Shown: positions 24,501 to 38,249 of the stretch, one piece after another
Layout of the letters: the number at the start of each line of letters is the position of its first letter
Position numbering within the stretch: the first letter of the stretch is position 1
Origin: Raillietiella orientalis
Taxonomy: Eukaryota
Length of the DNA: 64,000 nt
Direction of reading: 5' to 3'
Assembly (NCBI GenBank): GCA_036172245.1
Contig: JAYWIR010000002.1
Span: forward strand, 744,001-808,000
Notes under the pieces: generated by a model
The model's input: only the letters and a program-made list of their open reading frames with translations
What the model was told of the DNA's origin: nothing
Databases searched by the model: none
Program-made: the position numbers and the translations under genes

Positions 24501-25399
24501 TGCAGAAAAAAAATTCAATTCGATGGGTGGACGTCACAAAACTAATCGAAGAAGGCTGGACGACGTCTCCTTCATAGGGACTGCGTGGACAATTTTTTTT
24601 TTTTTCGATCAACGTACGAGACGAAAAATAAGTTGGGATCAGTTGAAGGGAGAGTGGCAGCTGAACATCTTTCTTCGGGAACAAGGGCCATCTTGCCGCG
24701 AGTCAGGAGGCGATGGTGGAAGCACAGTTCGTTCCGAATGTTCCGCCGAAACCACTCAAAGGAGGAAGGAATTGAACAGTGGTCGACAAGAAGGGTTATG
24801 AGAAAGGGATCTTTCTTGGAGGACGTCGCGAGTTTCGCAAGGAAGAAATACACTTCAGGGTTAAGAACGTGACGTAGGAACAGAGAAGAAGTTTTCAAGG
24901 AAGGGAACAAGCAAGGCCGATGCTGAAGGGGAAAGAACAGAAGAACCGTGAAGGCAGTGACAAGACGTCCACAAGGGATGCCTCGTCTCGAAATGGAAAT
25001 CCAAATAAGGCTTGCAGGTGCGGAAAAATGAGAGAAGATCTGCAGCCATCTTGAATAGGCTTCTTGGAGGGGACGAGGGGAGAGGAACAAAAGATGGCAG
25101 AAAAACATACCCACATCTGGATGGTTTTCCGCCTTTACCTCTTCCAGGATCGAAGCCGAAAGCGTCTTTACGTGACTACCCATTCTGGATGCTTCCCCTC
25201 GAATGCGCCACCCTTTCGACCTTCCGGTGCACTATTCGTCGAGCTATGAGGAAAACTCGGCGTCTCAGCTGTGACGTCACAAACCAAAAATCGCTTGTGC
25301 GGAAAAGCTCTTTGTTTTGTTTCTCCTTGCCCCAGGTCAATCCCTGATCCTCGTGATCACGAGGGCTGGATGACAGCTCGACTGTCCCTCTTCTAGATC

Positions 25400-28300
25400 A
25401 AAAACTCTACTCTTTTTTTCCGCGATCCTCTTAATATTTCGAGAGGGGCACAGAGAGAAACAGCCCGTAGCACACGGTGCTGCGGAATGCGTACGTCGTG
25501 CCCGCATCTATCACACCATTTTGAACAAGCAGCATGGTCCGTGTGCAGGACAACCCGGAAGCGAAAGCTGGCGCATGACTTTCAGGTACCGCAAAATGAG
25601 GAGGGTAAAAAGGTTGTTTCTTGTGATGGGTATCGCGTTCGAGAAGGGAACAAAATACAGGAAAAGAGGCGCCCGGCATCCATTTGCATGTCCGTTTTCG
25701 GATCTGGACCTCGAAACGGATGCGGAAGGAGAGACAGTTCGACGGAACTGGAGCAGACCTCTCCTCGCGTAGTCTCGGATCGGGCCAAGACCCTTGATTT
25801 AACTCCAGATGGCTCTTCACCTGAACGCGAGAAAGAGAGGCCGGAGAGCACTGGAACGGAGGCCTGCAGAGGAACGAGGAGGAATTCGAATGACAAAAAG
25901 GCCGGAGTCTCTTGGGCGGAGAACGCTGAGGTTTCGCTTTCCAAACAGATCGAGATGAGAAATCCATCGCTAATAAGAAGAAAATGTGACGTGTGACGGT
26001 GAGGATGAAGTAGGAGGAGGACAAGCGTGAGAGTAAGTTGACCGAAAAGACAGCTCTTGAGTTAGCATTTGCGTCAGTCAGCGCCGCCTGCATAAGGTGC
26101 GCTTGAAAGAAAAGAGATGGGCTGCGAAAGATTGATGGGAAGCTGAAAAGACATGACTGCTGATGTATTTCTCATCTGGGGCGATGAAGAGGCTTGCGGT
26201 GCGTGCGGACGCAGAAAGGAAAGCTTTGCGTTGAGCAGGCAAAAAGACAGGCGGGAGTGCTCTCATTTGCCTCCAAGGACACGCGAAAATCCCTGAGCAG
26301 CACCCGCGAGTGCTGCTCTGTAGGATGAAGATGAAAGTCACGCGGAGTCCTTGCTTTCCTCTTCCTTTCCAGAGAAAGCCCAGTCAAGGCAATCTGCCCT
26401 GGGAAGCTGGGAGCTATGCCTACCACGAAGCGATGTCACTCGAAAAGGATGTGGTCCATGCCCCTTCAAGGGTGCGAGGTCAACTTCTGGACACTCTTCA
26501 ATTCGGTTCGCTCTGAAGTAGAGAATCTGGAAGGGATAGGGTGAGCCGGACTAACAGGTCATGTCACACTATGCCGCTCCGGAAGCATAGGGAAGGGGGC
26601 CTCAGTTTGTCGGTGGACTCTGTGCACCGCTAGACTGAGGCCTGACCTTTATCTTCATTTGTCTGTATTCGCCATTTTGGTTCCGAGAGACGAATGCCAG
26701 GGCAGATCGCGGAAGAGAGGAGATAAGTATCCGCTGCGCTTCCATGATGGGAGCATCTGTTGATCACAAAGGAACCGAAAGTGTTCATCTTCATCAGAGA
26801 TCAAGAAATAATCAAAGGCCCTCGGAAAATTCCAGTTTTTTTTTGGCTTTGTTTTTTTTCCTGCTTGCGACAAACGGCGCTCTTCTGACCATCGTTCCGT
26901 GACTCAAGAAGTGGATTGCGTCCTCGCAGAAAAACACGGGAGGATGAGAGCATCAACGATTATAAAAGCGTTGGAGACCAGAGCATGAATGGACTGAGGA
27001 TTCGATTCCGGGAGAAATCCGCAACGTCCAAATGGGAATGACAGGAGAGCGCGTTTTTGGCAGGCTTGAAGTTTGATCCTCGGAACGGCCTTTCACCCAC
27101 GGTGACAGAGGGCAGGGATGCATCCAAGATGCATATGAAGAACGCGGTCGGAGCATTGGGAAGACGGCGCGGCTTGATCCCACGCTGAGCTCGGACCTCG
27201 GAAGTTCAACGCGGCCTTCAAGGAACGAGGGGAGAATTCCGACCGAAGAGACTGCTGCACTCGAGATTTTACGCAAAGGAGTTTGCTTGGTTGACATCTC
27301 TTAAGGATTGAGGGGGGACACCCGTTCGAAACTTTCCTATTCGCTGGAAGCATTCGACGGCCTTCGCCGAGATCTCCCATCAGCTGCTTCTGTGAAGAGA
27401 TGGTGTGCGAAACGCCTGAAACCATTGAAAGCGTTTCGAAGGGCAAGGATGCATGAAGACGAGGTACGTGGGAAGCAGATTTTTGGAGACACGCTAAGCA
27501 GAGGAAGAAGTGAGGAAGGTGCAAGATGGCCGAAGACTAGGAAGCAGAGCACCGTCATCGTTCTAATGCTTCCCTTTCCTGAAGTGCTGTCGCCGCGCAC
27601 CGTTTTCTATCACAAGGTGATTCTGTTTCCACAGCGACCCGGTTTCTTCTCCTCCATATCGTTTCCGAGTAGTCTCATAATTTTTCTGAATGTTCACGCG
27701 CTCGATCGCAAACCAGCAACGCGAGGGAGGAAGAAAAGAGTGCAATGGCCGAGCATCCGTGAGGTCCCACCAGACATCACCACTCTGCTCGACGTTTTTG
27801 TCCTCATTGCCTGTTCTCTTCAAGGAAGACTTCCTTGTTTGTGGAGCCTTGGCACCTTCTTATTTGAGCAGAACTCTGAAGAGGGAAGCTCGTCGGTGAT
27901 CTGATTGTTTTTCCCTCCGGAGGCGAAGTAAACCATTAGTCTGACCGATTGCGGAAGATGGTACGACCATGCCTTCCTGCTGACGTTTTTCAAAATGGAT
28001 CACATCGTGAAGTAGACAGCCTGTGCTCTTTTTTTTCCTGAAAGTATCAGGTTCTGCTACAACGCGCCTCGTGTCGTCATCATAGGACTAGGTGCTCACC
28101 CTCGTAAATCAAGAACGATCTAAAGAGCATTGATCTCCACCATGTCGACCTTCAGCTGCTTCTTCGTCTGCATGCACATGAAGACAGCGGGTTAGTGGAC
28201 TATGTGGCTGCAGTCCCAGGCGTGGTACAAAGTGTTCCGGGCAAGGAAGGATCGACTCCGAGAAATATAAGTGCATCGTTGCTTTGGAGTCCCCCCCACG

Positions 28301-28985
28301 CAAAATGACGCTGGTTGGCCCTATTTGGATGCGGCACCGGTGGAAACAACCGGAAACCGGACGTCTTCGCTAACAGACCAGGATTGGAAGTTGGCCCTCC
28401 TGATTCCTTTCAGGACTCAAGAAGCTGGTTCCCTTCGGAGTTTCCATTCGGCTGTGAAAAGAGAGCCGTGCCATGGAGCTGGTTGATAACCCATCCTCGG
28501 GGGTTGTTTGTTTAGAGTGTGTCAAGAAACGCGTTGCTTCCTTCGGGGAGCTCCCATCAGAGAAATTGGGAAGCGTCCCTTTGGGGTTCTCCTCAGGAGG
28601 GAAGAAGGAGAGGTTTCCTTGAAGGCTTCCTCTGAAGAGGAAATTCCGAAAGCGGATCCTTTCCTTGTCCTCCCTTCAGAGAAGGAATGAGAAGTGTTCC
28701 CCTCCGGGAATCTCTCCGAAGAGATTACGGAAGAGGAAATTCGAGGTTCCTCTGGGGACAACCAGGGTGCGGTTGTCTTCAGGGTCGTGGTTCCCTCCCA
28801 TGAGTTAGAGGAACGGAGTCCTTCCTCCGGAGCCTTCCTGGAGGGTGGTCTCTACGGGGCTGCCCCCTAGCTTGAAATGCTAGGAGCACCCTCGGGTGCC
28901 GTGGACAGCGTTCAAGGGCTTCGTGAGCCTCCTAAGGAGACGAACGATCCTTCAGTACTTTGCGAACCAAAAAAAAAGAAAAGAG
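25400..28985 (+). mobile_element. Near full-length decayed R2-like element (ZF/Myb, RT, knuckle, 3' UTR, A-tail)
   Basis: ZF-like 'SCDGYR.../ARHP' and Myb-like 'VSWAENAEVSL' (25490-25990), then RT-like 'RGDKYPLRF' (~26720), 'INDYKSVG' (~26955, YKYLG-like) and 'TRGR...TTLLDVFVLIAC' (~27720-27810). The family 3' UTR and A-tail follow. Confidence 0.55.
28395..28985 (+). repeat. R2-like family 3' UTR plus A-tail, copy B
   Basis: Shares ttcctccRgagccttcctgga, gcaccctcgggtgc, cagcgtt..g..cttcgtgagc, cttcag.act and gaacc(A)n (A-run 28969-28977) with copy A. Confidence 0.8.
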
Positions 28986-28999
28986 AGAACAAGCAGGGA

Positions 29000-29700
29000 G
29001 GGAATGCGTGCAACCAGACAGATTCCAGGCCGCTTGAGAAGACAGAGCTTCAAACATTCGACTTTACTCATCATTTCGGATAGGAGCCTCAAGGTGGCGG
29101 CTCCGCAACTTGCAAACCACCTCGCGAGCTTGCTTTGGCTTCTTTTTATTAGGTGAGGCGACTAAAGAACCTTCGCAGCTTGCCCAACCTTTTAATTTGA
29201 CTAGATGGCGTGGTGGCATGTTCCGAGATGAAGGCAAAAGATTGCACAGGAAGCTCTCCTTCTGGTTGCCGGGGCAAGACCTCTCCAGATGTTCACGCGA
29301 AGAGTCCGGTTCGATGCTAATTTCTGCGTGTTGGCGGCCCTCCCCAGGACAACAGAAACCCTCCCTTTTTTTTATTCCAACTCCCACTGAGAGCATTTCT
29401 CTTATTTTCACAGAGAGCATCTTCCAGATCACCCGTCGCTACCACGAGAATCGCCTTTTCGATCAATACAGATCTTGAGAGAATCAGGAACAAGAGGTTG
29501 GAGACCTTAATGATTTGGCGCCAGGTTTTCGGAAATGCTTCAGGCGCGTTGCTGCAACCCTCAACCATCAGAAACCCATTCAGGAAAATTCTGTCTGTGT
29601 CTCTGGGCGGCTGGCATTTGCTGACTGAAATAGAGGCAACAGAAGAATTTGTGAGCTTCCCTACTTTGAAGACGGACGGTATTCCATGATGCTTCTTGCT
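29000..29700 (-). mobile_element. L1-like RT fragment (domains 1-2)
   Basis: 'FPKTWRQ' (ORF 29317..29568) and 'IWKMLSVKIREML...REGFCCPGEGRQ' (ORF 29064..29432, YK+++K.+..R...Q.GF+.GR-like). Confidence 0.5.
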
Positions 29701-29949
29701 GTGCAGCGCTGCCGTTCGATGCTGCCGGCAGTTGCCGTCCGGTTACTCCAAAAAGTTTATTTATAAAAACAGCAAACGGATGAAGTAGGGAACATTTCTC
29801 GTTCCTACAGGAGGCACGGAGTTCTGAAGGAGAGGAGGAACCGCTGACCTGTAGGTCGGCTACGTGGGAAGACCGAAACGGCGAGAAGGAGGGTACAAAT
29901 AAAGATAAATGATGGGGGGCAGGAAGGGGTCACCGATTATCGTGCTGTG

Positions 29950-32030
29950 ACTTCCGCAGCTTGCAAACGGCGTCTCTCCTCATTTCATGCTCCAGATGGA
30001 GCCACTTCGATCCATTTTTTTCAGAATGGAGGCATCTACACACACGGTCTCCTATCGCTACAAATGAAGACCTGTCGCATACCAGGCGGTCAGCATCCTC
30101 CAAGAGCAGCACACGGGACTGCTATCGAGCTGGACTGTTGTGTTTAGATCAACATCACAGCAGTTCCTTTTGGAAGCGGGACCATCTCAAGGCGTTGCCA
30201 AGTGCTCCAAATGCCACGAGCGGGCTCCAAAAGCAGGCAAGAGAACGGCTCCTTTTCTCCGCACCTGGCACAGCTTGAGGGACGAGGGCCCCCCTCGTCC
30301 AGAGAAGTCGGGCTTACTTGCTCGGAGGGTCCCGGTGCAAGAGGAGAAACTTGGAGTGCCGATCATTGAGGGAGAGAACAGAAATGTTCACATAAGAGAG
30401 CAAGGTGAGAAGAGGAGGAGGACCATCTGTTGCTCCAGAGAAATATCCAGGTAATGCCCTTGCTGAAGAAGTCTTTTCAAGTGTATTTGGGAAACATGCT
30501 GTTCAGAAGTCTCAGTCGACCTCTGGCGGAGCTGCGTCTGCTGATGTTCAACACGGCGCCGACTCTGGACCGGATGCTGCCAACAGGCGTGGCAAGGGAA
30601 TTGAGGGCCCTCTCCAGACCGCTGTTGCAACCACCTCCCTCCAAGGACCTGCTCCTTGGAAGCCAGGTAACGTCGCAGTTCACCAGCTCTCGTTCACCGA
30701 CCACCCTTCCTCTGGAAGCTTTCGGCGACCGATCGACTGCGCGACTCCACTCCACCTCCTCCCGCATGACATCTTGGGTTTTCAGTCTCCTCCCGATGTC
30801 GCTTAACACCCTGGTCATGTCTCGCGTCCTGCGCAGACGCTTTGTCGTTGAGGCACGCCTGAGTCAGCTTGCAGCAACTCTCCTTGTCGATTTCTCTCTT
30901 CTCCACAGTTCCTTTGCGCCAGCCAACTGGCCCCTAAGAGCAGACTACTAGACGTTTCGTCAACCCGATGACGGATCAATGGAAAAATCCCATCCCCCCT
31001 GTCAGCTACTGTCTTTTCTCTGGCCTGAAGATGGGGAGGAGGACATCACCACGGTTTAGAGAGCGAAGGTGGCTCGGGTCTACTTCAGGTCCCGCTGGAG
31101 ACCCCCTGAAAAAGAGACTCTTCTGAGCCATTGGACAGGACAAAGAGACTCCAGGCTGATCGTCGTGATCTGTGCCCGCTCCTTCCTCTGCTGCCACAAC
31201 TTACAGTTCATAGGGTGGAGGAGATCCGTTGGTGTGCTCACAAAAGAGAGATCTTCTGCCTCAGCGGTTTCCTCAAAGTCTTCGTCTTCTCATAGTTAGG
31301 AGGAAGTGCAAGGGCGTTTGTTCGTTGCTGCCGACGACGCGGGCGGGCGTAGTGTGCAGGCCAGATGGTAACACGTAAAAGGATACGACGAGATCAGAAG
31401 AAGTTTCTCTTCTCTGCTGCCCATTCCGTGGCAGCATCCCTCGGGACAGAGAAAAAACAGTAGTCGACCGGGGGGATGAGATTTTACCGTTGGCCCGTCA
31501 CGGGATTGGTCAAACTTCTAGGAGTATGATCTTTGGGGCGAGTTGGCTGACACGAAGGAACTCTCGGGTCCTCTTTTTCTTGCATCAAGTCTTCGAGACG
31601 CACCCAATGAAGGGCATTCAGAGGGCAGAGTTCCTGTCGATGAGAGTTCCGCAGCGGCATCCACGTGCCAACCGCCATCTGCCTCCGTGCATCGAAGCTG
31701 CTAAGATGTAGGCTCATGAAGCTATGACAAAGCCGAGGTGTCTGGTGATGGAATTCGCTGCAGTGGACAGTGGAAAGTGTCGCAGAAACGGTGCTGGAAA
31801 GCTGGAGACTTATGGAAGTATTCCCGGATGGAAGTCCGAACTGCGGCTCGCCCACTCGAGAAGCTCCACCGAAGTGAGAAGAGCAGCTGCTACTCGGTTT
31901 CCACAAGGGTATTCTTTCCTCGGAAAATATGGACGGCGACGATGCAGCAGCTGTGCTCTGAACCCTCTCCGACTCCCTCCTTCAGAGGGATTCTTGGTTA
32001 GAAAGCGGAAGCGCATGCTAGTTCTCGGGA
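29950..32030 (+). mobile_element. Decayed R2-like RT C-terminus and RLE
   Basis: ORF 30430..30951 has 'FQVYLG' then 'LRALSRPLLQP' (L...PLKP.Q). ORF 31724..32044 has 'CLVMEFAAV...KLETY' (RLE E/D...K..KY). Confidence 0.6.
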
Positions 32031-32039
32031 CGCTAACCT

Positions 32040-35000
32040 TATAAGCGGCTCCGTCTTCAGCTACTCATCGCATCCGGTTTCTTTTCCTCTCTCTGCAAAG
32101 AGTGGGGAAGAAAGGGAGACAATGAGCTCTTCATCAACGCCTGCAAGTCAGAAGATGAACCTCTTCCTTTCGACTTTCCCTGTAAGTAGCTCACAAGGTG
32201 GATTTCCATGACACTACTTCTTCCCTTGATCTCTCGGCTCAATGAAAATCCTTTCTGTGGGTACTGCAGTTCCCTCCCCTTTTCTAGATCAATCTGCATC
32301 ATTTTCTCTTCCTTCCTTATGGATGGGTTCCATTCCAGCATCCTTGAAGAGATGCTGAAGTCGGTAAAGGGATATACTGTTGGAACGAAGGAAGTAGGGA
32401 CATACCATGTGCCACTCCTGAAGGAGAAAGCAGATCCGGGAAAGAATCCACAGGCCTAATCTTGGGTCCCATTCGGAAGCCAACTCCCTGAAGACGATGA
32501 AATTTGTCTGGGGTTTCATGGGAAGAGATCACTGCTGCTCCAGCATTCTTAAAAGAGAGTGTCTCCGCCTCCCTGGTAGCTCAGAACGACTTTTACCGGT
32601 GATGCATCTTTCTGCTTGCTCCGTGGGTGACGGAAAAGGATCTCTCTCGGCCATTCATGATCGACGGCTGCCTCTCGATGGCGGAGTCAGCCGCAACGCC
32701 GGCATCCTGATGTTTGCGCGACCCTCATAACGGAAGCAGGACTTACAGAACGAGGCGGGGACTTTCAGCATTCGTTGCAAATATCTCGGTTGTAGCTCGG
32801 TTGCAGGGTCTCTCAGGGATACTCCTCGGAAAGGCAACATAGGATTCAAAGATATAGCTGATGGAAGCCTTTTGAGGTGATTGAATGACTACCTGATTCC
32901 CGGGCGGATGCGGATGGAGAGCCAGCCCACCCTTCGGTATTCGAGAGTGCTGCGAGGAAATAAAATGGCTCGAGAGGAAAGAGTGGCAAGGAGGAGGAGA
33001 AGGTTTCTAATGGACAGAATGTCAAAACATCCGGGAACAGGAGAAAACGCTTATCATCCTTGAGTGTGGACCATCAGGGCTGGCATGTGAAAATATGAAC
33101 GGTGGGTTCAGACTTCCGTCGAGAGACCATACTGACAAGAGATTCGGAGAGCAACTCCCTGAGATGGTGGTCTTGTTGCTACTGGTGATAACGAGTCACC
33201 TCTGGCCCCGTTGTTGGAGAAAGCAGCATGAAGCCACTGGTATCTTTTCTGCAGCAAGGAAGGGAAGGTGGTGGAACAACTGTTTCTAAGAGGCGAGAAT
33301 AGTCCGCTTCTTCGAAGGAGGATGTGAAGGATCCTCCAGCAACTGGCAACAAACCTCTGGGGAAGCTGGAGGAAGGCAGGGACGTGAAATCATCAAAGAA
33401 CAGGAAGAGAGCAAGGCGGATGAGGAAGTTGTTGGTCAGCAGCAGCCAGTTCTTCCATTCCCGTCTGCCTCGAGAATGACTCCAGGTGGTGCACAACTCA
33501 TCGTCTCGTCTCGCTGCTGTCGTTCTGCATCCTGAAGACGGTTGCTAACACGTGGGATGAGAACCTCTGTAGAACGCTTCTCGTCCAAGAAGCATGGTCC
33601 TTGAGCGCCTGCTAGCAGCGCCTCCTCAGGCATCCTGCCAGCAGCTACGCCTGAAAAGGCGGCTCTACAGAAGGGAGCAGCTTATCTGTCGCTGCTGGGC
33701 GCGACCATGAGGATCCCTGGCCAGCTATAGATGCGTTCACAAGTCCGGAGGAGCACTCGCTCGGAACGGAGAGAGCACCTCGTTTTTCCCTTTCACTTTG
33801 GCTTCTCTCCCTTCAGAAGAGGATGAAGGAGCGTCTTGCAAACTGGCTAATGCATGGATGGTCCAGTCGATTGGACGCTCCTCGTGCCTCCCATTCCGGC
33901 GAGAAGGATGCTTAGTCTCCACAGGATTTTGGATAGAAGGACCTCTCTCTCCTCGCCACAGCCGCATCCCCGGAACGAACTCACTCTCCTCCAGCAGGAC
34001 GAGAATTCCCGCCGCTCTCGGGGAATAAACGGGGGGGAGGGGAGCAAGGAAGCTGCAACGCACAGGGACTACGAATTTTGCTTGGATTTCTTTGAAGGGA
34101 AGCAGATGAGTTCTTGTTTTCCGGAAGCTTCGGAAGAGACCATCTGGCTCGAGAGCGCAGAGGAAGTAGTCCAAATCAGCTTCCGCTCTGGAAGCTGTGC
34201 TGTACAATCGAGCCAGATGATAGCGAGGAGGACTTGTGGGTATGCGGATGAGAGGGAAGAGATGACGGGCTGGCATTCTGCGTTCTTCTATCCCTCGAGC
34301 CTCAGAAGCACATACCTAACATCTCGTCCCCTACTCTCCTCCTCCAGGACGGAGGACGAACGAGATAGTCCTGGGGGTTTGCGTCCCCATTGGAGGGGAA
34401 TATTGCAATCTTTGCCCCCGAATCAGCGAGAATGGACTTTCCCTGAGGGTGAACCCGGAGGCAAAGTGGTTAGAAATCTTCCAGGAGTCCTCTACCCAGG
34501 AGTAGAAGAGGGGGGGTTGGATGAATTCTTCATCGAGACTCCTCCCTACCCTTCCTTGTACTGCCATCTTCCCAGATGCAAATGGGAATAGTTCTTTCAT
34601 CTGGAGCACTCCAGATATCCAGGTGAGCCTGAGCCATAGAGCTTCCTGTCCCTTCGAGCCGTGAAAGGCCTTCCAAAAAATGTCTTTCACAGGGGAGATC
34701 TCTGTCCGTTCTCTTCCTCCGAGACCTTCTTTCTTGGAAAGGAGAGAGACCGGTGCTTCCGTGGGAAGAGGTCAAGTGCAGCCTCCGAGAAGATCAGGGG
34801 AGTTAAATGCTGATGTTTCCGAGGTTCCAGAGAAATCTCAAATCTCCGTGGTCTCCCTGGAGCATCTCTCTGGGGACGAGGAGACCAGCCCTTGCTCAGG
34901 AGAGGAGCAGCTCCAGCGAAAGCAATATCCCTGTCTTTGTTCACATCTTCCCTTTCCTCCCGGGTTGCCCACAGGGAGGAAGGGTGCATCCCACGCTCAT

Positions 35001-38000
35001 CCACGTCAGATAGCTCGTCGGGTCTCGGGTACCGGAGACGCACGGAATCCGTGGCGGGGAGAAGGCGTGGGGAGGAAAAGAAAGGAGACGGGAGAGGAAA
35101 GAGGAGATTGATGCCGCTGCAGTCAGATGGACTCTCCGGAAGACGTATAATCTGAAGCGGTTTCGGCGTTTCCTTCTGCCGCCTAGCCTCCGACCCCTTC
35201 TTCCCTTTCTCGCAAGGAAGGAAGGCTTTGGAAAAGCTCTGGAGCCTTTCTGCTGAGGAGGGATTGACAGCAAGGGTCCTGCATGGGTCTACGAGAAAAT
35301 CCTAGCCATTCCCCGGCATCCATTCCGCCTGGACCAGTCCGGAGTCCTGGAAATGCCTCCTAGAAGCGATGCCGCCTCTCGTTCTCCCCAAAAGGATGCT
35401 GGAATTTGTCTCCGGGGAAAAAGAGGGGAGAGTAAAGGATGTTTCCTGTCCGGACCGAAGAGAGTACCTCTCTCGAGAGAAGGGAGAAAAGGGAGGAAGG
35501 TCTCGAGATTCCTCCTCGAGGGCAGCCTCAGGAAGTCGGTACTCGGTAGGTTGGTGCTCAATGTCAACTTCCCTTGTTCCAGAGGAAGGAGAATAAAGCC
35601 ACTTAGAACGCTTGATAGCTCATGCTTCCTCCCCATTCTTTCCTCATGAGTCCACGTTCGCTCCCGGAGCGGCTCCTAACCACTGAGTTCTAAGAGAACC
35701 AGAGGAAGGAAGCGTTAGGGAGACATGCCACATTTTTTTCCGTTTCGGAGATTCCCTCTCCCTTCTCCGTCCTCCTACTTTCCAGTTCCTGAGGAACTGA
35801 ACTACCCATGTCTCTCCTATTCTCTGTCTCTCCCATCCGTCCTCGAGGGTCCCACGACCCTCAGGACCCTATATCCCTGCTCCTCCCCCAGCCCCGCGTC
35901 AACCCAGCGCGCCGCGCATCAGGGAACAATGGGTCCAGCAGTTGGGGCTTCTTTGGGGATTAGGAAGAGGGCTGAGGGCGTCCCCTCCTTGGGATGCCAT
36001 TTGCAAGGCAAAGCTCGCGAAGGAGCCTCCGTTCGCTTCTTGCAGCCCCTTCTCCTCCGTCCCGTAGCACGATGGAGGGAGGGAGAAAGAGTGGGAGGAG
36101 GAAGGAGCGTACGCTCTCTCGGAGGCCCCTTCTCGCCCACGATGTCGGCCCTTCTGCGGGGGAGCACATACCCCCCGCGCGGCCTTCGCTCCGTCCCACC
36201 CGCTGCGAGCACGCGCGAGCGAGCGCAGGGGCACCTCTTCCCCTTCCGCCTCCCCCTCTAATGGGAGAGGGAGAAAAGATGATCCCCCCCTCCTGGCCGT
36301 CTCTGCGGACCCTCGGCGCACAGAAAAAAAAAAAAGGGAGGAAACAAGGAGGGTGAGGATGAGGAGGGGAGAATTCAGGCAGGGGGAGGGCGTTCAGGGA
36401 CCCTTTTCGGAGGCTCTCCTCTACGCTCTCCCCATTCTCGAGCCGGGGTCCTTCGCTGCCTACCGCCCTTCTCCCCGAGCTCACGATGGCGGTCGCTGCC
36501 TCATCGCCTTCTCCTTCTTCTCTCTTCACTGGTCTCCCCTCGTCATTCGCTTCGCGCTACCGAGGAGACTGGCGGACCGATCGCACCTGCTCGTTTCCCA
36601 GGCGATTCCTCCCTCCCTCCCCTCCCCCGTCTCCCTTCCCGCCCTCGTTCCTGCCACCCCTGTCCGCGTGCTCGCGGGCGCAGGCGCGGGGACCGTTCGA
36701 GGTGTTTCTCACGTTCCGCCGGGGCGACAGGGGCGCGCATCCGTCAGCGGTGACAGCCGCTTATCTCGGCGAGAAGGAAGCTCCCCGTCCATGCCTCCTC
36801 CGACTTCTCCGTCTCGGGTCCACGAGATGCGATCGGCTCTCTGCGACGGTGCCGTCCCGCTGTTTACCCAGACGAGGTTCCCTGAGGGATTCGCTAACCT
36901 CCCTTCCCCTCCCCCTCCTTTTCTCTACCGTTGGTCTGGGACCCCCGGGAGAACACGCCGTGGTAGCTGGCGAGGGTCGGGCGCTTTCTACGGCAGTTGG
37001 CGCTGCGGGCAGCAGCAGGTCCCCTTCCTACCCTACCCACTCCCCTTGCAGGCTTGAGCCCGCACCCTGGCAGTGTGGTCCTCCATCTCTTCTCGCAGCT
37101 CTGCTTGGCTTCCCTCTCCACGTCGCGGTCCCGGTGGTATTTCGTGGAAAAAAGGAGGAAAGCGAGGGGAGAGGTAGGCTGGCTGCCACATCCCCGAAGG
37201 AACGATGAGTTCCTCTCTTCTTCCTCCTCCTCCTTCCTTCGACCAGCTTCGCAACCTCTCCCTCCTTCCTTCTCCTTCTCCCCCGGACGGAAGGGAGCAG
37301 TGGAAGAAGCAAGGAGTCGTCGGAAGATCAGCCCGCGGCGGGAATCCCTCCGGGAGAATGGACGGCTTGAGGGGAGGGGAAAGAGGAAAGAGGAGGGGCA
37401 ATATGATTTACGGGAGGCGCGGAGACCGCGGTGCGCGAGTGTCTCGCCTGCCTGGAGAGGACCCGCGGCGGCTGCGTCCCACGCCACAAATTCCGCGGGT
37501 GCCCCGGAGCCGGAAAGCCGCGTGCGCGCCTGTCTGCTGGCCTTCGGGAGTGATTGCCATCGGACGCGCTCCCTGGAAGCGCCTCCGGAGCTGCGTCCTG
37601 CTCTACCCCGGTCCGGGAAGGGGCCTCAAGACTAGAACTGCCTCGCGTCCAGGGGCGGCGGGAATGCTCTGCAGAGTGCAGCAGCAGCAGCAGGGTCAGC
37701 AGTTTGAGCATGGTTCCCTTACTTGACCTGGCTCCATATTGAAGATCGGCATCCTAGCGGGCACTGGAAAGTGGGTGGTGTACGGGTAGAGGTAAAGGTC
37801 GCTCCTAGAGGAAACCTCCCAGGAAGCGAAAGGCGTTGCCACGAGGGATGTGCAATCTCCTCCGCAGGACTGTGGCTCATGCGACCGATGGTCCGCTGCA
37901 GCCTGGGGCTCCCCATTCCATCTCTTGGCTCTGCTGCCTGCCGCCCTAGCGGGTGCTTTTCCCGGGATTTCGGCTACTCATGTTCTCATCTCCTTCGCTT

Positions 38001-38200
38001 CCTCCCGCCCTCCCCTCCCTGTCGCCTACGAGCACGTGCTGGAAAGCTCCCACCTCTCAGCCATTCACTCATGTGTTGGGAGGAGTCAATAGATCTTGGA
38101 ATGGTTATCTCCAAGGGAGTCCACAGGCAACGCGATTCTCTCATGCAGCCCTGCAGTCGCGGCTTTGCTGCTTGCTTATAAAAGAGATATGAGGAGATAA
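32040..38200 (-). mobile_element. L1/Tx1-like element 1, 3'-truncated in RT
   Basis: APE-like 'KDIFWKAF...WISG' (ORF 34331..34690) and 'SRAEADLDYFL' (ORF 33737..34276), then RT 'MMQIDLEKG...SLSREIKG' (ORF 32057..32341). ORF1-like motifs at 37700-38150 are weak. Confidence 0.6.
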
Positions 38201-38249
38201 GAAGAAAACAAAAAGGAGAGCCCGCCTTGCCCCTCTTTTGTCCCTCAAA

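Noticed and set aside
24572..25183. Further RT fragment on - ('ISRRGIPCG...VLLF')
   Set aside because: A single degenerate motif, plausible but not supportable.
29950..35000. Dualen/RandI-type element with both APE and RLE
   Set aside because: The RLE (+, ~31750) and APE (-, ~34500) are on opposite strands in separate elements.
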